Shown: one piece after another, positions 39,501-48,500 of the stretch | Layout of the letters: every line of letters begins with the position of its first letter | Numbering within the stretch: position 1 is the stretch's first letter | NCBI GenBank assembly: GCA_965204745.1 | Contig: OZ242010.1 | Span: forward strand, 132,007-196,006 | DNA from: Candidatus Latescibacterota bacterium | GTDB taxonomy: Bacteria > Latescibacterota > UBA2968 | Length of the DNA: 64,000 bases | Direction: 5' to 3' | Notes under the pieces: generated by a model | What the model was told of the DNA's origin: nothing | The model's input: the letters and a program-made list of their open reading frames with translations, nothing else | The model's database searches: none | Translations under genes and position numbers: made by a program

Positions 39501-42500
39501 GTTACCGTCTTGTCCCCCGAAGCGATGTTGTTGTTCACCGTCGTGATCGTCACGGTGCCGGTGCTCGTCGTCTCGCCCGCCGCTATCGTCAGCGTCTTCG
39601 CCGTGCTCAGCGTGTAATCGCCTACAACCGCAGGTAATACAGGCGTTACTGAAACCGTGATCGTCGTCGCCGCGCTTGATGGGCGATTCAGCGTCGCCGT
39701 CACGGTTGAAACTGCGACGTTCTCCGAAATCGACGTAGGCGCCACCGCCATCGTTACCTCCGGCGCGGCCTCATCCTCTGTGATCGTCAAAGTCGCGTCG
39801 GGCACATTGCCCACGCCTTGGGCATTGCCCGCCGCACCGGATACGGTCACGCGCTTGTTCGGCGCATGGGTCGTGTTGTTCACGGCCGTGATCGTCACAC
39901 TGCCCGTGCTCGTCGTCTCGCCTGCCGCGAAGGTCAGTGTCTTCATGGTCGATAGCGTGAAATCGCCCGCAACCGCAGGCGATACAGCCTCCGCTGATAC
40001 CGTGATCGTCGTCGCTTCGCTCGACTTGTGAGACAAGGTCGCCGTGATCGTGGAAACGCCGCTCGCCTCTGAAATTGACGCGGGCGACAGCGACAGCGCC
40101 ACCGTCGGCGCGGCCTCATCGTCGGTGATCGTCAGCGTCACATCAGACGGGGCAGACGCCAGATTGCCAGCCGCCACCGTTGCAGACACGGTCACGCGCT
40201 TGTCCGGCGCATCGGTCGTATCGTTCACCGATGTGATCGTCACGCTGCCCGTGCTCGCCGTCGCATTCGCCGCAATCGTCAGCGTGGTCGCGGCCGATAG
40301 CGTGAAATCACCCGCAACCGCAGGCGATACAGCCTCCGCTGAAACCGTGATCGTCGTCGCCGTGGTCGCGGGGCGATTTAGTGTCGCCGTTATGGTCGAA
40401 ACCTTGGCATTTTCAGAAATCGACGTCGGAGACAAAACCAACGTCACCTGCGCCATGTCGTCATCGGTAATCGTCAGCGTCGCAGCCGTGACCGATCCCG
40501 TGCCCACGCTGTTGGATGGCGTGCCCGTCACGGTCACCATCCTGGCCCCCGAAGCGATGTTGTTGTCCACCGTCGTGATGACCACCATGTCCGATGTGTT
40601 CGCCGTTTGCTCGGCTGCGATGACAATCGTCGAATCCGTCGCCCCCACCGTGTAAGCACCAGGCACCGAGCGCACGGTGATCGTCGTCGCCGCGCTCGAT
40701 GGGCGATTCAGCGTCGCCGTCACGGTTGAAACCGCGCCAGTCTCCGCAATCGACGTAGGTGACACCGCCATCGTCACGTCCGGCGGGTCCTCATCCTCTG
40801 TGATCGTCAACGCCGTGCCGGTCACACTACTGCCCACGCCTTGGTCGTTGCTCACCTCAACGGGCACGGTCACACTGTTGTTCGGCGCATGAATCATGTT
40901 GTCCACTGCTGTGATGAGCACCGTATCCGTCGCGTTCGCCGTTTGCCCGGCCGCGATGACAATCGTCGAATCCGTCGCACCCACCGTGTAAGCACCAGGC
41001 ACCGAGCGCACGGTGATCGTCGTCGCCGCGCTCGATTCGTGAGACAGGGTCGCCGTGATCGTGGAAACGCCGCTCGCCTCTGAAATTGACGCGGGCGACA
41101 GCGACAGTGCCACCGTCGGCGCGGCCTCATCGTCGGTGATCGTTAGGGTCACGGCAGACGGGGCAGACGCCATATTGCCACCCGTCGCTGTTCCAGACAC
41201 GGTTACGCGCTTGTCCGGTGCATCGGTCGTATCGTTCACCGATGTGATCGTCACGGTACCGGTGCTCGTCGTCACACTCGCCGCGATAGTCAGCGTGGTC
41301 GCGGTCGATAGCGTGAAATTGCCCGCAACCGCAGGCGATACAGCCTCCGCTGATACCGTGATCGTCGTCGCCTCGGTCGCGGGGCGATCTAGCGTCGCCG
41401 TTACGGTCGAAACCTCGGCATTTTCAGAAATCGACGCAGGAGACAAAATCAACATCACCTGCGCCACGTCGTCATCGGCAATCGTCAGCGTCGCAGGAGT
41501 GACCGACGACCCTACGCCCACGCTGTTAGTTGGCGTGCCCGTCACGGTTACCGTCTTGTCCCCCGAAGCGATGTTGTTGTTCACCGTCGTGATCGTCACG
41601 CTGCCCGTGCTCGTCGTCTCGCCCGCCGCGACGGTCAGCGTCTTGTCCGTGCTCAGCGTGTAATCGCCTACAACCGCAGGTAACACAGGCGTTACTGAAA
41701 CCGTGATCGTCGTCGCCGCGCTCGATGGGCGAGACAGCGTCGCCGTCACGGTCGAAACCGCGCCAGTCTCCGCAATTGACGTAGGCTCCACTGCTATCGT
41801 CACGTCCGGCGCGGCCTCATCCTCTGTGATCGTCAACGCCGTGCCGGTCACAATACTGCCCACGCCTTGGTCGTTATGTGGCACAACGGGCACGGTCACA
41901 CTGTTGTTCGGCGCATGGGTCGTGTTGTCCACCGCTGTGATGATCACCGTGTCCGTCGCGTTCGCCGTTTGCCCGGCCGCGATGACAATCGTCGAATCCG
42001 TCGCCCCCACCGTGTAAGCACCAGGCACCGAGCGCACGGTGATCGTCGTCGCTTCGCTCGACTTGTGAGACAAGGTCGCCGTGATCGTGGAAACGCCGCT
42101 CGCCTCTGAAATCGACGCGGGCGATAGGGTCAGTGCCACCGTCGGCGCGGCATCATCGTCGGTGATCGTCAGGGTCACATCATCCGGGGCCGACGCCAGA
42201 TTGCCAGCCGCCACCGTTCCGGACACGGTCACGCGCTTGTCCGGTGCATCGGTCGTATCGTTCACCGATGTGATCGTCACGGTGCCCGTGCTCGTCGTCA
42301 CACTCGCCGCGATAGTCAGCGTGGTCGTGGCCGATAGCGTGAAATCGCCCGCAACCGCAGGTGATACAGCCTCCGCTGAAACCGTGATCGTCGTCGCCGT
42401 GGTCGCGGGGCGATTTAGTGTCGCCGTTACGGTCGAAACCTTGGCATTTTCAGAAATCGACGTCGGAGACAAAATCAACGTCACCTGCGCCACGTCGTCA

Positions 42501-45500
42501 TCGGCTATCGTTAGCGTCGCAGCAGTGACCGATCCCGTGCCCACGCTGTTAGTTGGCGTGCCCGTCACGGTTACCGTCTTGTCCCCCGAAGCGACGCTGT
42601 TGTCCACCGTCGTGATTGTCACGGTGCCCGTGCTCGTCGTCTCGCCCGCCGCTATCGTCAGCGTCTTCGCCGTGCTCAGCGTGTAATCGCCTCCAACCGC
42701 AGGTGACACAGGCGTTACTGAAACCGTGATCGTCGTCGCCGCGCTCGATGGGCGAGACAGCGTCGCCGTCACGGTTGAAACCTCGCCAGTCTCCGCAATC
42801 GACGTCGGGGACACCGCTATCGTTACGGCCGACGCGGCCTCATCCTCTGTGATCGTCAACGCCGTGCCGGTCACACTACTGCCCACGCCTTGGTCGTTAC
42901 GTGGCACAACGGACACGGTCACACTGTTGTTAGGCGCATGAATCATGTTGTCCACTGCTGTGATGATCACTGTATCCGGCGCGTTCGCCGTTTGCCCGGC
43001 CGCGATGACAATCATCGAATCCGTCGCCCCCACCGTGTAAGCACCAGGCACCGAGCGCACGGTGATCGTCGTCGCTTCGCTCGACTTGTGAGATAGGGTC
43101 GCCGTGATCGTGGAAACGCCGCTCGCCTCTGAAATCGACGCGGGCGATAGCAACAGTGCCACCGTCGGCGCGGCCTCATCGTCGGTGATCGTCAGGGTCA
43201 CATCAGATGGGGCCGACGCCATATTGCCACCCGTCGCTGTTCCAGACACGGTCACTTCCTTGTCCGGTGCATCGGTCGTATCGTTCACCGAGGTGATCGT
43301 CACGGTACCCGTGCTCGTCGTCACACTTGCCGCGATAGTCAGCGTGGTCGTGGCCGATAGCGTGAAATCGCCCGCAACCGCAGGCGATACCGCCTCCGCT
43401 GATACCGTGATCGTCGTCGCCTCGGTCGCGGGGCGATTTAGTCTCGCCGTTACGGTCGAAACCTCGGCATTTTCAGAAATCGACGTCGGAGACAAAACCA
43501 ATGTCACCTGCGCCACGTCGTCATCGGCTATCGTTAGCGTAGCAGCCGTGACCGACGACCCTACGCCCACGCTGTTGGATGGCGTGCCCGTCACGGTTAC
43601 CGTCTTGTCCCCCGAAGCGACGCTGTTGTTCACTGTTGTGATCGTCACGGTGCCGGTGCTCGTCGTCTCGCCCGCCGCGACGGTCAGCGTCTTCGCCGTG
43701 CTCAGCGTGTAATCGCCTACAACCGCAGGTAATACAGGCGTTACTGAAACCGTGATCGTCGTCGCCGCGCTCGATGGGCGATTCAGCGTCGCCGTCACGG
43801 TTGAAACCGCGATGTTCTCCGAAATCGACGTAGGTGACACTGCTATCGTCACCTCCGGCGCGGCCTCATCCTCTGTGATCGTCAAAGTCGCGGCGGTCAC
43901 ACTGCCCACGCCTTGGGCGTTGCGTGGCACAACATTCACGGTCACATCGTTGTCCGGCGCATGGGTCGTGTTGTTCACCGCTGTGATGAGCACCGTATCA
44001 GACGTGTTCGCCGTTTGTCCGGCCGCGATGACAATCGTCGAATCTGTCCCCACCGTGTAAGCCCCGGCCACCGGGCGCACGGTGATCGTCGTCGCTTCGC
44101 TCGACTCGTGAGATAGGGTCGCCGTGATCGTGGAAACGCCGCTCGCCTCTGAAATCGACGCGGGCGATAGCGACAGTGCCACCGTCGGCGGATCGTCGTC
44201 GTCTGTAATCATCAGGGTCACGGCAGACGGGGCAGACGCCAGATTGCCAACCGCCACCGTTGCAGATACGGTCACGCGCTTGTCCGGCGCATCGGTCGTA
44301 TTGTTCACCGATGTGATCGTCACAAGACCCGTGCTCGCCGTCGCATTCGCCGCGACGGTCAGCGTCTTCGCGGTCGATAGCGTGAAATCGCCCGCAACCG
44401 CAGGTGATTCCGCCGTAGCTGAAACCGTGATCGTCGTCGCCTTGGTCGTGGGGCGATCCAGTGTCGCTGTGATCGTGGAAACCCCGCCATCCTCTGAAAT
44501 CGACGCAGGAGACAAAACCAACATCACCTGCGCCACATCGTCATCGGCTATCGTCAGCGTCGCAAGAGCGACCGTTCTCGTGCTCGCGCTGTTGTCCACC
44601 GCGCTGAACACGGTCACCCTCTTGTCCCCCGAAGCGGTGTTGTTGTCCACGGCCGTGATGACCACCGTGTCCGACGCGTTTGCCGTTTGCCCGGACGCGA
44701 TGATGATCGTCGAATCCATCCCCACCGTGTAAGCCTCGGCCACCGGGCGCACGGTGATCGTCGTCGTCGCGTCCAACGACTGTGTCAGCCTCGCCGTCAC
44801 GGTCGAAACGCCGCCGTTTTCCGAGATCGTCGAGGGCGTAAGTGTCAACATCACTATTTCTGGTTGCAGATCAAATTGCACAGTGGTGTCCATGCCGTCA
44901 TACTTCAAGACCGGATACTGATTCACCGTGCCAAAGTGCCACGGATCGTCGTCGCCGGGTTGTCCGTCGATGTCGATGTTCCAATTTTCGTAGATGCCGG
45001 TGTATCCTGTAACGGATACGAGTTCGGCGGTGGTCTTGCTGGTGACGCCGCTGGTGTCGGGGTCAGGGCTGTGGACGGCGCCGATGGCACGGCTCAGTCC
45101 GCTGGTTTCGGTGTCATAGTAGCTGTTGGATATGTCGTTGGTGTTTTGGTTTAAGCCTCCGATAAATCCGCCAGAGCCGTGCCATCGGCGCCAGTTACCG
45201 GCGCGGACGCGGTCAGTGGAGCTGACAGGGCCGATGGCGTAAGAGTTTATTATAACACTGTTAAAAATTCTGCCCACTAGACCGCCGACATACCTACTGC
45301 CGCTGACAGATGCCGTAGAGTAGCTCGTGGAGATCTTTCCGCGGATATCGGTCCGGCCTACTAATCCACCGATAGTGTAACCCCCACGGGGAGAGGGATC
45401 GGGCCACCGCCACTCAATGGGATTGAAACCGGCGACCCTGCCGGTGGTGTAGCAAGCGACAATGGTGCCGTGATTTTGTCCGGCCAGAATACCTACATGA

Positions 45501-48500
45501 GAAATTCCCGTGATATTGGCGTTGGTTATGCCCAGGGTTTCGACGCGGGAGAAGGCGCCAAGTTTGAAGAACAGGCCGAGGAAATTGGGGTTGGTGCCGC
45601 TACCGTAGATGGTGCGGTTGATGAACAGGTTGTTTATGGTGTGACCGTTGCCCTTGAAGTAGCCTGTGTAGCTGTTGCTGGTTCTGCAACAGGCGATGGG
45701 TAGCCAGCCGGAGCCGCCGTCCCAGTATTTGCCGCTGTGGTCGGTGGCATCTACATCGCCATCGCCATTGCTGTCGAAATCGAGGCTTGCGGTGAGTTCG
45801 TAGCCGACGCAGCGCCCGGACGGGCACCCCATGCGCTCCGCGGCAGCGGTGAAACGGTTGGGGAATGCAGCGTTGTAAGCGTTGTAGTTCATGGTATCAG
45901 CAGGGGCTACGAAACCATCGCCGTTGAGGTCATAGCGTATGGCGTTGAGTTGGTCGAGGTTGGCTACATCGATGTAACCGTCGTTATCCTCGTCGTAGTC
46001 GATCACATTCTCTGTGATCATCAGGGTCACGGTAGACCGGGCCACTGCTCCATTGCCACCCGCCACCGTTGCAGACACGGTCACGCGCTTGTCCGACGCC
46101 TGGATCATATTGTTCGCCGCTGTGATCGTCACAAGGCCCGTGCTCGTCGTCACACTCGCCGCGATAGTCAGCGTGGTCGCGGCCGATAGCGTGAAATCGC
46201 CCGAAACCGCAGGCGGTACCGCCGTAGCTGAAACCGTGATCGTCGTCGCCTCGGTCGCAGGGCGATCCAGCGTTGCCGTGATCGTGGAAACCCCGCCAGC
46301 CTCCGAAATCGACGACGGAGATAAAACCAACGTCGCATGCGGCCGGTCGTCATCGGTAATCGTCAGCGTCGCAGCCGTGACCGTTCCCGTGCCCGCGCTG
46401 TTGTCCACCGCGCTCAACACGGTCACCGTCTTGTCCCCCGCCGTTATGGCGTTGTCCACCGTCGTGATGACCACCGTGTCCGACGCGTTCGCCGTTTGCC
46501 CGGCCGCAATGATGATCGTCGAATCCATCCCCACCGCGTAAGCACCGGTCACGGGCCGCACGGTGATCGTCGTCACCGCGCTCGATGGGCGAGACAGGGT
46601 CGCCGTCACGGTCGAAACCTCGCCAGTCTCCGCAATCGACGTCGGGGACACCTCCATCGTCACGTCCGGCGGGTCCTCATCCTCTGTGAACGTCAACTCC
46701 GCGGTGACCACGTTTATGCCGTGCCAGTTAGTCACCTGAACCCACACGCCACGGCTGTTGTCCGGCGCATGAATCATGTTGTCCACTGCTGTGATGATCA
46801 CTGTATCCGTGGTCGCCGTTTGCCCGGCCGCGATGGTAATCGTCGAATTCGTCGCCCCAACCGTGTACACGCCAGGCACCGGGCGCACTGTGATCGACGT
46901 CGGCGCAACCGAACTACCCGATAGCGTCGCCGTGACCGTGGCAACACCGCCGTTCTCCGAAATCGACGACGGGTTCACCGCCATCGTCACTGTCGGCGTG
47001 GACTCATCGTCGGCAATCGTCAGGATCGCGTGCGACGTCGTTATATCGTTTGCCCCTGAAACCGTTGCCGCCACGGTCACGCGCTTCCACGGCGCATCGA
47101 TGGCGTTGTCCACCGCTGTGATCGTCACGGTGCCCGTGCTCGTCGTCGCATTTGCCGCTATCGTTAGCGTCTTCGCGGTCGAGAGCGTAAAATCGCCCGC
47201 AACCGCAGGTGCCACCGCTGTCGCCGAGACCGTGACCACCACTGCGGATGTCAGTGGTTTCGTCAATGCTGCCGTCACAGTCGTCTGATTGGCTGTACCA
47301 CTCTCGTCGATCTGTCGTGGCGTAAGTATCAATGTCACGAGTCGTGGTTGCAGATTAAATTGCAAGTCGGTGTCCATGTCGGCATACTTCAAGACCGGAT
47401 ACTGACTCGCCGTGCCAAAGTGCCACGGATCGTCGTTGCCCCCTTGCCCGTCGATGTCGATGTTCCAGTTTGAGTAGATGCCGGTGTAGCCGGTAATGGA
47501 TCGGAGTTCGTGGGTGGTCTTGCCGACGCCGAGCGCGCTGGTGCCTTTCCCACTGCTGTGCATGTCCCAATAGCTGAAGTTTGCGATGTTCGTAGTCGCT
47601 CGTACCCCGCCGCAGGCGAACGTTGCACCACTGTAAGTATAACAGGTGCTTTCGTCATTCGCATTCCCTACTAACCCGCCGGCCCAGCTGGCTTCGACGC
47701 TGGGGTACTCCTCTGCACCACCGACGCCGACGCCGACGGCGGGGAGGACCGCGCCCTGATCACGCTCACTTCTTATTATCCTGCCGAAAGCGTTGCCTCC
47801 GGTGACTATGCCGTTGGCGTAAGAGCTTGATATATGGGTGTTCTGCCACGCAGTGCCTACCAGACCACCGACGTCTCTGACTTCGCTGACATTTGCCATG
47901 GAGTAGCTCGCGTGGATAGTTCCCTGGAAGGAAAAACCGACTAATCCACCGATACTGTGGCTGTTGACCCCCCACGGGGTGAAGTGCGGGGTTGGGGTGC
48001 CTACTGGAGCGAAATCTTGGCCAGAGACCGTGCCGTGTGTGTAGCAGGCGACAATGGTACCTTTGAAAAGTATTCCGGCCAGAATACCTAGGTAAGAACC
48101 TCCTGTGACATTGGCGTTGATTATGCCCAGGGATTCGACGCGGGAGCCGATTCCAAGGCTATAGAACAACCCGAGTTTAGAGACAGAAAAGCCAACAGTG
48201 CTGGTTCTCTTTATGAACAGGTTTTTTATGGTGTGGCCGTTGCCCTTGAAGTAGCCTAAGTAGCCCGATTGGTGCCCTTGGTCCCCCCCGGGCACCCAGT
48301 AGCGGTAGTCGTACCTGTCTCCATAGAAGGCCCCAGAGGTTCCGGCGATTGGTCTCCAGCCGCGGCCGTTGTCCCAGTATTTGCCTCCGTGGTCGTCGGC
48401 ATCTACATCGCTATCGCCATCGCTGTCGAAGTTGAGGTCGTTCAGCAGTTCGTAGCCGACGCATCCAGAAGTGGGGCAGCCCATGGGTCCAACAGAAGAG

